Positions 9,708 through 17,519 of a DNA stretch of 64,000 bases are shown here, in pieces. The translations under genes and the position numbers were made by a program. The first letter of the stretch is position 1. The number at the start of each line of letters is the position of its first letter. The stretch comes from a virus (Duplodnaviria; Caudoviricetes), in IMG/VR virus record IMGVR_UViG_2906128962_000004, positions 1-64,000 of that record; one strand, written 5' to 3'. The notes beneath the pieces are model-generated. The model searched no databases. It was not told the origin of the DNA and was given only the letters and a program-made list of their open reading frames with translations.

Positions 9708-10530
9708 GGAGTCCAGTCCCAAGGTTTGGAATGAAGAGTGAATTCCGAAATCGGGTCAGCAGGCGCGTGGTAGGGCGTTCTGCTGACTCCTTATATTTCT
9801 CTGAGGTGCATTGGTGTGGCGGCAACACAAGGTCCGATTCGCCTTTGTCGAAACGAATATAGAGGCCGTGCTGCAGCTCTTGCTGCATGATTTTGACGTT
9901 GGCGGCCAGCTGCATTAATTCGGTGCCGACTGACATCTGGCCAATGAGTTCGAAACGAGTTTGCGCGGACGTATCAAAGTCAGGTTCGAGGTCATACACG
10001 AGTTTTGCCTGGTACGTCAGCTCCCATTTACGCAGTTGAGTTATCGCCTGTTTGTACTCATCCTGTTTGCTGGTAGGGGGAAGGGCGGCGCGCATGATTT
10101 CAAGGCGCTCCATCGCGTAACCATCCAGAGGTGACAGCGACCATTCATAGGGTTTTCCATCGACAGGTATCGTAACCTCCCGGTATGGCTGAGTAGTTAA
10201 CACGCTCAAGTCTTTAGTCAGTTTGAAGACATCGCAGTTATACCAGTGGTCCTCGCCGCAATGTTGGCAGGTGTAACAAAAGTCGATCACTGTATCAGCA
10301 CGTGAGTTAATGAATATCCACCATAACGCAGTTCGCCGGTCGCTGGCCGTCCACGTCCGGGAGTCAGAAAAGTTTTCTTTCTCCTGCAGCATGTTCAGGT
10401 ATTCGGTGGTGTCACGTTCTTCCGTCGCTTCGGTTGATTTACAGAAGTAGATGGCATCGTCGACTGTTGGCCCTCTGAACGCGATATGTTTACGCGGGCG
10501 GGAGGGTAGGGGAAAGGCAGGGATTAACAA
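9631..10530 (-). CDS. pmgB: Morphogenetic protein PmgB (baseplate hub assembly chaperone-like, Zn-finger CQHC)
   Basis: 299 aa; synteny tub-pmgB-sit. Confidence 0.7.
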   Translation of the reverse strand: MLIPAFPLPSRPRKHIAFRGPTVDDAIYFCKSTEATEERDTTEYLNMLQEKENFSDSRTWTASDRRTALWWIFINSRADTVIDFCYTCQHCGEDHWYNCDVFKLTKDLSVLTTQPYREVTIPVDGKPYEWSLSPLDGYAMERLEIMRAALPPTSKQDEYKQAITQLRKWELTYQAKLVYDLEPDFDTSAQTRFELIGQMSVGTELMQLAANVKIMQQELQHGLYIRFDKGESDLVLPPHQCTSEKYKESAERPTTRLLTRFRNSLFIPNLGTGLLANISLQPGVIWPATAQRYTANVSG

Positions 10531-10539
10531 GTTTTACTC

Positions 10540-11145
10540 CTATACCTGCGGAAGGAAAATATCGGAGAAATCACCGAATGTTTTCCGTTGAACGAATGAG
10601 AGGGGAAACGACATATACTCGCTGACCTGATCTTTCGAAAAGGTCATTTCACCGCATTGTGTCGGGATGACGCTGAGTGATTCCATCAGTGTTGGTACGC
10701 CGGTGGTCTGCAGCCGGTATATGCGAATATCCATTAGATAGGCCGACTGCAGGTTTATCGTTCCGTCATCGTTAATGACGTTCGCCAGGCAGCTTTTAAA
10801 CGTGTCATAGATAAGACCGGCATTGGTGTCACGGACCACCATGGAAATGGGCTGTGCTGTCCTGGCAATTGGTTGGTTATACTCATTTGCTCCGAACCGC
10901 TTAGGCTCCGTCTCGATGGTGTATGTGCCCCAGGTGATGTCCTTCATGAAGAAATCTATCCCCATGCCGCCAATACCGTCCACTTCAACGGCAAACATCC
11001 ACCCCTGAGCAAACAGGATTTTGTTCAGCGCCAATGCTGTGAGCTTGTTTATCTGGGTCTCACCCAGACCGGCGGCGAACATAAACGACGGCAGCGCGCC
11101 AACCATCGACTTTGCCGCAGTGGCGATCAAATCACTTACGGCCAT
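10540..11145 (-). CDS. tub: Tail tube-like protein
   Basis: 201 aa; size and synteny with P1 tub. Confidence 0.7.
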   Translation of the reverse strand: MAVSDLIATAAKSMVGALPSFMFAAGLGETQINKLTALALNKILFAQGWMFAVEVDGIGGMGIDFFMKDITWGTYTIETEPKRFGANEYNQPIARTAQPISMVVRDTNAGLIYDTFKSCLANVINDDGTINLQSAYLMDIRIYRLQTTGVPTLMESLSVIPTQCGEMTFSKDQVSEYMSFPLSFVQRKTFGDFSDIFLPQV

Positions 11146-11148
11146 CAG

Positions 11149-11712
11149 TTAGCCCCAGCTTGAGAAAACGGAAATAGCCTGCGGGATTGCACCGCGCGTC
11201 GACATTTCGTTTTCCAGGTCTGTTCTACGCTGCACGAGTGCTGCTTCGTCCGGGATGTTTGAGGCATCAAGCTTACCCGCTATGGAGACGCGGCGATCGA
11301 GCTCTGAGTTGGGAATGGCGATAAGGATCTCCAGGTAATCCTTAATGATGCCCACGGCCACCGGCGGAACGATTCCTTTATCGAGGTCTAATTCCGACAG
11401 GTGAACGAGGTATTCCATTCGGAGTGGATATTTAAGGTACTGGTCAGTGCTTATCTCGACGGTACCGTTGAAAACGTCGCAAGATACGTAATTGCCGGTC
11501 GCATCTTTGACGACCACCAGCTCAAGATAGTCGTCAGGGCAGGGGGTACTGGTCCCTTCCTTTATCTGAATAGCTTTTATGAATCCAGCGCGGTCCTGGT
11601 ACTCAGTCAGCGCTTTAATGAGCAGGGAGTCGAGCAGGTCTTTTTGGTTTTCAACCAAGAGGGTGAGAAAGCGTTTCTTCACTTCCTCCAGTAGTTCGCG
11701 AGGTGTGGCCAT
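11149..11712 (-). CDS. pmgC: Morphogenetic protein PmgC (head-tail adaptor-like)
   Basis: 187 aa, MATPRELLEEVKKRF N-terminus; synteny. Confidence 0.65.
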   Translation of the reverse strand: MATPRELLEEVKKRFLTLLVENQKDLLDSLLIKALTEYQDRAGFIKAIQIKEGTSTPCPDDYLELVVVKDATGNYVSCDVFNGTVEISTDQYLKYPLRMEYLVHLSELDLDKGIVPPVAVGIIKDYLEILIAIPNSELDRRVSIAGKLDASNIPDEAALVQRRTDLENEMSTRGAIPQAISVFSSWG

Positions 11713-11735
11713 AGTGCCTCCTGTTTAAAGGCACT

Positions 11736-11754
11736 ATGTTAGGGAAAGTTACAT
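11736..11754 (-). promoter_or_regulatory. P1-type late promoter (pmgC-tub-pmgB)
   Basis: Minus strand ATGTAACTTT-CCC-TAACAT. Confidence 0.6.
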
Positions 11755-12462
11755 CTGAGGTGTTTCAGTGGTAGACCGAGATGATGGTGAAGGACTTTTG
11801 AGTACCCAGGCAATTTCTCCATTTTCTAGGTGAGTTGGCAGAGCAAAGCCATTGTAGTAATCGAAGACACCTTCGCTTTTAGCATTTTTAAAGAATTTTA
11901 TTAAGTCTTGTTCGTTTTCAATTTTTGGACCTTGAACGAATACCTTATCGAGAGAGGCGAAAAATTTATCAAAATTTTCTTTGGCTGCGAGGTTACTCGC
12001 TAACTTTGCTTCTAGGTCTTTATTCTCTTGTCTCTGTTTATTGATGAAGTCTGTGAGATTTGCTTTTTGGTTATATAGTGCCTGAGCTTTTAATGCAGCC
12101 TTGGCCAGTTTGACCTCTCTTGCCGCGTCTGCTGCTTTCTCGGCGGATTTTATACGACTACGGGCGTCTGCTACCAGACGGACATAAAGCACTATAATCC
12201 ATGGCATGATGAACGCTGCTACTGTGCCCCATAGTATGGGAGACCAAAAATAATGGGTTAGAAAATCAGGCTGCGAAGTAATATTTTTAATTGTTTCTTC
12301 TATTGGCTTCTTGGACTTGAACAACATAAAAATATTTTGCCAATTACCGATGAAGAACGCCGTAACTAAATAACCGTAAAAGCCATCCTTCAATCTGTCG
12401 GAAACGACATTTGATGCTCTTTTTTTTGCGTCTTCTCTGACGTCTGCTGAGTTATCGCTCAT
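11749..12462 (-). CDS. Membrane protein with two hydrophobic segments and a C-terminal coiled coil, function unknown
   Basis: 237 aa; FYGYLVTAFFIGNW and ILWGTVAAFIMPWIIVLY hydrophobic stretches; AT-rich. Confidence 0.75.
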   Translation of the reverse strand: MSDNSADVREDAKKRASNVVSDRLKDGFYGYLVTAFFIGNWQNIFMLFKSKKPIEETIKNITSQPDFLTHYFWSPILWGTVAAFIMPWIIVLYVRLVADARSRIKSAEKAADAAREVKLAKAALKAQALYNQKANLTDFINKQRQENKDLEAKLASNLAAKENFDKFFASLDKVFVQGPKIENEQDLIKFFKNAKSEGVFDYYNGFALPTHLENGEIAWVLKSPSPSSRSTTETPQM

Positions 12463-12489
12463 TACATACCTTTTGTCGAAAAATATGAT

Positions 12490-12545
12490 GGGTGCCTAAT
12501 GGATGTATCAGGGATATCCTTGGTGTTTCCATGAGATGTACAATG
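12490..12545. repeat. GGATGTA-type repeat array
   Basis: GGGTGCCT 12490, GGATGTAT 12501, GGATATCC 12512, AGATGTAC 12534 (about 11-bp phase). Confidence 0.6.
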
Positions 12546-12548
12546 ATG

Positions 12549-12755
12549 CTACGTGGTGGGAGAGCCCGCAATCCGCTCATTGAACTCTGAGAGCTCCGGA
12601 GCACTGTCTTCATACTGCGAAATTTTATCGCATAGGATGTCCACCAGCGGGCTATCAGGCTGGTGCTCCAATAGGTGTTCTACAGTCTTGAGAGCCTCTT
12701 CATAACCGCGCTGAGAGAGATTACCAGTGGCATTAATTTCGTGCGCGTACTTCAC
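12549..12755 (-). pseudogene. Truncated HigA-like antitoxin N-terminal domain (no HTH)
   Basis: YEEALKTVEHLLEHQPDSPLVDILCDKISQYEDSAPELSEFN resembles E. coli HigA N-domain (YTQALELVDHLL..DPENPLLDLVCAKITAWEESAPEFAEFN). Confidence 0.55.
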
Positions 12756-12815
12756 CTGTTGTACCTTTTTGAATGCGTTAACCTGACCTGTTTGCTGCTT
12801 GTTGAATATAGTAAT

Positions 12816-12840
12816 AAAAAACCCGCCGAAGCGGGCTTAT
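12816..12840 (-). terminator. Rho-independent terminator after GNAT toxin
   Basis: Minus strand CCCGC-TTCG-GCGGG followed by T6. Confidence 0.8.
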
Positions 12841-12843
12841 AAA

Positions 12844-13389
12844 TTATGCAGCAAGTATGTGCTGTATGCCTAAAAACATTGGAACAGCGCCATAGGCATT
12901 TGGCGGTTCCTGCAACTGGACGAACCCCAACCGCGCATAGAAATTTATGGCATCTGGGTCGGCGTCCAGGTAAACACCCTTGATTGGTAATGACTGGTGA
13001 ATGACTTTGACGTGCTCGAAAAAATCGCAAAGCAAGTCTTGGCCATAACCTTTCTTCTGGTAGTTGGATGCTATTCCAAGCATTACCAATCTCACGACAC
13101 CGATTTCAGAGGGCAGGGAGCCCTGTAGAACACCGGCAACGCGCTGTCGTTCGAGTGAGTACGCTGTGAATGTACACACACCGATAAGCTCACCGCTTTC
13201 AGAGTTGATAAGGGCTTTCGCGGCGCAATCGCCGTTGGCCACACTTCTCTTTAGCGAAGAGCGTACAAATTTATCGATTACGGGATTACCGCATTCGAAG
13301 TGCTTCTGACTCTTATAGGTGATGTCTGCTTGGTAGTTGCAGGACATCACCAGGTTTACTTCATCACTACTGTCATGCTGATCGACCAT
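12844..13389 (-). CDS. itaT: GNAT aminoacyl-tRNA acetyltransferase toxin, ItaT-like
   Basis: SCNYQADITY...FECGNPVIDKFVR...VRLVMLG...YQKKGYGQDLL...MFLGIQHILAA closely matches recalled E. coli ItaT. Confidence 0.82.
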   Translation of the reverse strand: MVDQHDSSDEVNLVMSCNYQADITYKSQKHFECGNPVIDKFVRSSLKRSVANGDCAAKALINSESGELIGVCTFTAYSLERQRVAGVLQGSLPSEIGVVRLVMLGIASNYQKKGYGQDLLCDFFEHVKVIHQSLPIKGVYLDADPDAINFYARLGFVQLQEPPNAYGAVPMFLGIQHILAA

Positions 13390-13684
13390 GTGTATTCTTC
13401 CTTCTCATCAACGCTTGTAAAGCGAGCGTAGGCTGAGCAGGTTCAGACATGAGTTGATTCATTAATTCCCAGCTCTGGTTCGAAAGCTGTCGGCGGCGCT
13501 GGTTGTCCAGCACACTTTCAGCTCGTTCCATCGCAGCACTGAGAATGAATGCACTCAGATCTAATCCCACAGCTTCAGCTGCTTCGCGAAGCACGTTTTT
13601 GGCGTCCGGGCTGGTTTTTAATTCAACCCTTGCGTTTTTCAGGGCTTTTTCAGCACCTGGCAGTGTTGCTACTTGGCTTGTCAT
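13373..13684 (-). CDS. itaR: DUF1778 ribbon-helix-helix antitoxin, ItaR-like
   Basis: ARVELKT...LREAAEAVGLDLSAFILSAAMERAESVL; overlaps toxin start. Confidence 0.85.
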   Translation of the reverse strand: MTSQVATLPGAEKALKNARVELKTSPDAKNVLREAAEAVGLDLSAFILSAAMERAESVLDNQRRRQLSNQSWELMNQLMSEPAQPTLALQALMRRKNTHGRSA

Positions 13685-13845
13685 GTTGTTTTCCTCTCGT
13701 TTGTTGATGAACCTCCTTCGTTTTTAAAAAAGGACCAGCCAGTTAGTGGTGGTATCTTTATGATGTTTTTGCATTTTTAATGCCTCACTCTTTGTTTTTA
13801 TCAACTAAATTAACATCTCATTAAATTAGTAATATCTAAATTTAA

Positions 13846-13918
13846 ATACGGCTATTGGCCGTATGCTCAATCTATACCCAAATATTCTTTACGTCAACAT
13901 GTACGGCTATCAGCCGTA
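13846..13918 (-). promoter_or_regulatory. TA promoter flanked by two palindromic operators
   Basis: ATACGGC-TATTG-GCCGTAT (13846-13864) and TACGGCT-ATC-AGCCGTA (13902-13918) flank TTGACG-N17-TAGATT on minus strand. Confidence 0.7.
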
Positions 13919-13931
13919 TGAGATAAACATA

Positions 13932-13956
13932 AAAAAACCCGCCGAAGCGGGTTTAT
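13932..13956 (-). terminator. Rho-independent terminator ending the capsid/sheath/bplB operon
   Basis: CCCGC-TTCG-GCGGG plus T-run; near-identical to 12816-12840. Confidence 0.8.
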
Positions 13957-13987
13957 CTGTACATCATCGATAGCGTTATCGAGCTTA

Positions 13988-14482
13988 TTACTCAATAAAG
14001 TTATAGATGATACGCAGGTTAGGGCGCACCATGGCGGTGACATCCTCGGTCGAGAGGTCGGTGCCATCCATGTAGATTTTGCAGTCGTACAGGTTGACCT
14101 TCAGAGAGTCCGGAGACTTCCCACCCAGTGATTCCGGGGTGGCTTCAACACGAACATCGAAGTAGCTTTTGCTTTTCACCGCGTCCACGATGAACTTCAA
14201 AACAGGGCCCTGGATGGTCTCAACAACTTGGCATGGCATCTCACCCCAGTTACGGACCGGGCCGTGCTGGTTGAACTTCATGCCATTAGGACCGAAATCT
14301 TCGACATCTTCACGAGTGCGCTCAGGGAACTGGGTTGTACGGAACAATACAGAAAGATGCTCAGCGCCGATGATCGTTAACTTAAACTCGGAGCCATTGA
14401 GTTTTTCACCCATTGAGCGGTTGGCAATGTATTGTTCCTTCAGGAACGCAACGTTGCCAATGGCATTAGCATGACCAGGCAT
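13988..14482 (-). CDS. bplB: BplB (tail-tube fold baseplate protein)
   Basis: 164 aa; synteny 21-pmgG-bplB. Confidence 0.7.
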   Translation of the reverse strand: MPGHANAIGNVAFLKEQYIANRSMGEKLNGSEFKLTIIGAEHLSVLFRTTQFPERTREDVEDFGPNGMKFNQHGPVRNWGEMPCQVVETIQGPVLKFIVDAVKSKSYFDVRVEATPESLGGKSPDSLKVNLYDCKIYMDGTDLSTEDVTAMVRPNLRIIYNFIE

Positions 14483-14497
14483 AAGGTATTTTCCTCA

Positions 14498-15076
14498 TTA
14501 AATAAATAGTTTCTCGATCTCTGAACGGTTTTGCACCGCCATACCAGAGAGTTGAAGGTTAACTACGTTGGATATGTAGTTGCCGTCAAATGCTTTGGGT
14601 GCATCGATGTTGTATGAAACATCCTGAATAACGACATCAGCCAGAATTAGCCGACGACCAATATTCAGCGTGACAGCGTAAGGGCGGCGTCCACCTGGAG
14701 TCGTATCATTGAGCTCCGGGGAGATCATTTGACATAGCCGGGTGATCGCGCCGTTTACTTCTATCGCTGGGTTATCAATAGCCAAAAATTCGAGTGGCAG
14801 GGTGAAAGCGGGAGGTTGTGATCCTTGCCATACCATAAGGCTGTTCCATCGAGACACTGAGGTAGTTGCCGTCACGGATTGAGCCATGTTTGCGACGGTC
14901 TCTATCCCGGCAATAGAGCCTGCGTTATCGCCTTCGAATGGGCTATTCCACGCAGACGCTATCTGCATTGATGCACCCTGTCCGATATAGCCAACCACGC
15001 AGTATTTATCTGACGTGATATATGCTTTCAGAAAAGGGCTCACGCCATCTGGATTAATCGCACCAAAGTACTCCAT
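14498..15076 (-). CDS. pmgG: Morphogenetic protein PmgG
   Basis: 192 aa; synteny. Confidence 0.6.
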   Translation of the reverse strand: MEYFGAINPDGVSPFLKAYITSDKYCVVGYIGQGASMQIASAWNSPFEGDNAGSIAGIETVANMAQSVTATTSVSRWNSLMVWQGSQPPAFTLPLEFLAIDNPAIEVNGAITRLCQMISPELNDTTPGGRRPYAVTLNIGRRLILADVVIQDVSYNIDAPKAFDGNYISNVVNLQLSGMAVQNRSEIEKLFI

Positions 15077-15117
15077 TGATACCCCAAATAGGCCACCATT
15101 GCTGGTGGCCGTATCCG

Positions 15118-15855
15118 TTAGCCAATGCGCTTGGCGCGCAGTTTCATGGATTTTTTACGGTGCAACTTGCCCTGGGCCGTATTGGCTTTACGCTGAGCTT
15201 TCTTAAGAGCCATGCGCTGTGCCGATGTACGACGATGCTTTCTGAATGGTTTGCGGATCAGCTTCACCTTACCGTTGCGCACAACCTTTTTCAGCGCTTC
15301 GGTCATGGTGTCGTCGCCGCTTACAGAGTAAGTGGCCACCAGCTCATCCTGTTCATCCGTATCGATGTCGCTCAGCTGGGAAGCAATGCTGGCGCCCATT
15401 TCATCATCAGCATCATCAAAGAACGTTGTCACAGCGTCTTCATCGATGCCGACACTGACCATGAAGTTAGCCATCTCAGCCAGGATGGTGTAGTAATCAT
15501 CCATTTCTTCGTCGGTAGGCTCATCGGTATTGTCATCAATACCGGCCAGAGACTGCGCGAATGCGTCCAGGTTGTCGTAGGACGAATCCTCACTGCTCGC
15601 CCAATCAAACACGGCTGTCGCAGAGTCGGCGAGGCTGGCGCTGGTCACCTGAGCTGCAACGGCCTCAAGAATCATCTGGTGGGCCTTGTCCGGAGTGAGT
15701 TCAACCGCGGGCTTGGGCTCTTTTCCTGAACCATCAGTGTCGGGCTTATTGCCGCGATTCTCCATCATGATAGAGGTATGAGGTTTGCCACCCATTGCGA
15801 TAGTAGTCAGTGCATCAGCCTGGCTACCGCCATTTTGAAAGTAATTATTAGCCAT
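15118..15855 (-). CDS. P1 gp21-like virion protein (acidic core, basic C-terminus)
   Basis: Likely start MANNYFQ at 15855; follows sheath gene. Confidence 0.65.
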   Translation of the reverse strand: MANNYFQNGGSQADALTTIAMGGKPHTSIMMENRGNKPDTDGSGKEPKPAVELTPDKAHQMILEAVAAQVTSASLADSATAVFDWASSEDSSYDNLDAFAQSLAGIDDNTDEPTDEEMDDYYTILAEMANFMVSVGIDEDAVTTFFDDADDEMGASIASQLSDIDTDEQDELVATYSVSGDDTMTEALKKVVRNGKVKLIRKPFRKHRRTSAQRMALKKAQRKANTAQGKLHRKKSMKLRAKRIG

Positions 15856-15863
15856 AATATGCC

Positions 15864-17465
15864 TTATCGAATAACAACAGGTTTGCCGAGTAAACGACGT
15901 GCCGAACCAGTCGGGCATGCCCACCAAGTGACGGACCAGTAATCGGACTCAACTTGCTTAACAACGAGAATGAATGGAGCGGTACCATCGGTTTCAGGAT
16001 CACGCGGAGTGACCAAAGCACCGGCAGCATGGAAGCGCTCTAAAACTTTCGTCATTTCACGCGTCAGGCTGTCCTCGGTTACACCGTCCGGTTGGTGCTT
16101 CAGTTTGCGACCCAACTGGAAGAAGAAACGGCTGATCGCATCAAAGGTCGAAGGAACATGCTGGAAGCGCAGATAGTTCTCTTCACTGTAGGTGGTCAGG
16201 GCGTCGTCAATAATCATCTGGCCGGTAGAGCTGGTGGCCACCTTATTGATGCGTGCGGTGTACATCGCATCGAAATCAGGAGTACCGATACCGTCGATCG
16301 GTTCGATCTGGGCACGGTTGATGAGTGCGCGAGTTTCGCCAGCTGGGGAATAGTGCCAGCCACCAACGTCAGTGTTGAGTGCAATACCGCGTGCTTTTGC
16401 CGCGTATGCAGCACCAGACAGGCCGTAAGCGATACGGGCTTGTGTCCACTTGTCTTTGCAGGTGAAAGGGAAGTGATACATTGAGCAGGACGTGTAATCG
16501 ACGCCAAGAAGGCCGGTTGATTCCGACTCGGTCACTGCTTCCGCATAGGTCAGCGTTGGTTTTAAATCGAAGAAACCATCGATACGACGGTCTTTGCAGA
16601 TATCGGCCAGCAACGTATACGATGGCGTGCTGTAGCAGCCAAGCCCCAGAACGGCGGTATAGTTTACGTTGGCATTGTTCAGGACTTCGATTGCTTTTGC
16701 ATACTGCTCGTCAGTGATATTGGCCTGATCACCATTGGTGCCGCCAATAAACTTAACGTCTTCAATTTTGCCGAGGTTAACACCTTCCGCCGCCGCCAGA
16801 TCACAAGTCGCACCAAGATATGCAGAACGAGATTCCAGTGCCGTAGTAATAAAGCAAGGACGGCCCATTGCATCCATCTCATCAGAATTGAGAGATACAA
16901 CAATGTTTTCCAGAACGGTCACGGTACCGAGTTTGCTGGTTTCTTTCAGTGTCAGGGTTAAACGGTTTGGGTTGGTTTTATCCGGAGTAAAAGAAATGCT
17001 GCGGTTCGTAGATGGATCGCCGTCGACCGGATAGATCATCAGGAACTGTTTATCTTTCAGCTCGGTCTTCTGGCCATATGCTAACGCGCTGTTGGCAGGA
17101 ACCGCGTTGGTTTCGCCGGTGGATGCGGATTCCTTAGTGAAGCTGATAATCGGGAATTTTGCATCGGTCGGGACCACTCGCACAACATAGCCATCGGTCT
17201 GCTGTACAGCTTCATAGACGTGACGCATTGGCTCGAAGTGGCTACCTTCCTGCGGGCGAATAGGATCGCCGAGAACGTCCATATAGTTGGATTTGGTGAC
17301 TTTTAACGCCTTGAACGGTTTCCCGCGCGCGAACACACCCACGCCAGCCCACAAGGACTGATTCAGGTTAGAACCTACGGTCGCTGTTTTGCTTGCGTCG
17401 ATAGCGGCAACCGCAACAGCAGAAACGTTAGTCAACGTAAAAGGGATACTGTAGTTAGAATTCAT
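15864..17465 (-). CDS. Tail sheath protein (P1 gp22-like)
   Basis: 533 aa; HQPDGVT...WACPTGSARR sheath C-terminus; synteny. Confidence 0.8.
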   Translation of the reverse strand: MNSNYSIPFTLTNVSAVAVAAIDASKTATVGSNLNQSLWAGVGVFARGKPFKALKVTKSNYMDVLGDPIRPQEGSHFEPMRHVYEAVQQTDGYVVRVVPTDAKFPIISFTKESASTGETNAVPANSALAYGQKTELKDKQFLMIYPVDGDPSTNRSISFTPDKTNPNRLTLTLKETSKLGTVTVLENIVVSLNSDEMDAMGRPCFITTALESRSAYLGATCDLAAAEGVNLGKIEDVKFIGGTNGDQANITDEQYAKAIEVLNNANVNYTAVLGLGCYSTPSYTLLADICKDRRIDGFFDLKPTLTYAEAVTESESTGLLGVDYTSCSMYHFPFTCKDKWTQARIAYGLSGAAYAAKARGIALNTDVGGWHYSPAGETRALINRAQIEPIDGIGTPDFDAMYTARINKVATSSTGQMIIDDALTTYSEENYLRFQHVPSTFDAISRFFFQLGRKLKHQPDGVTEDSLTREMTKVLERFHAAGALVTPRDPETDGTAPFILVVKQVESDYWSVTWWACPTGSARRLLGKPVVIR

Positions 17466-17519
17466 TCAGTACGGTCCTGATTAGCGCCCCAATGGGGCGC
17501 GTTGGTTGAAAGCGTTTGA

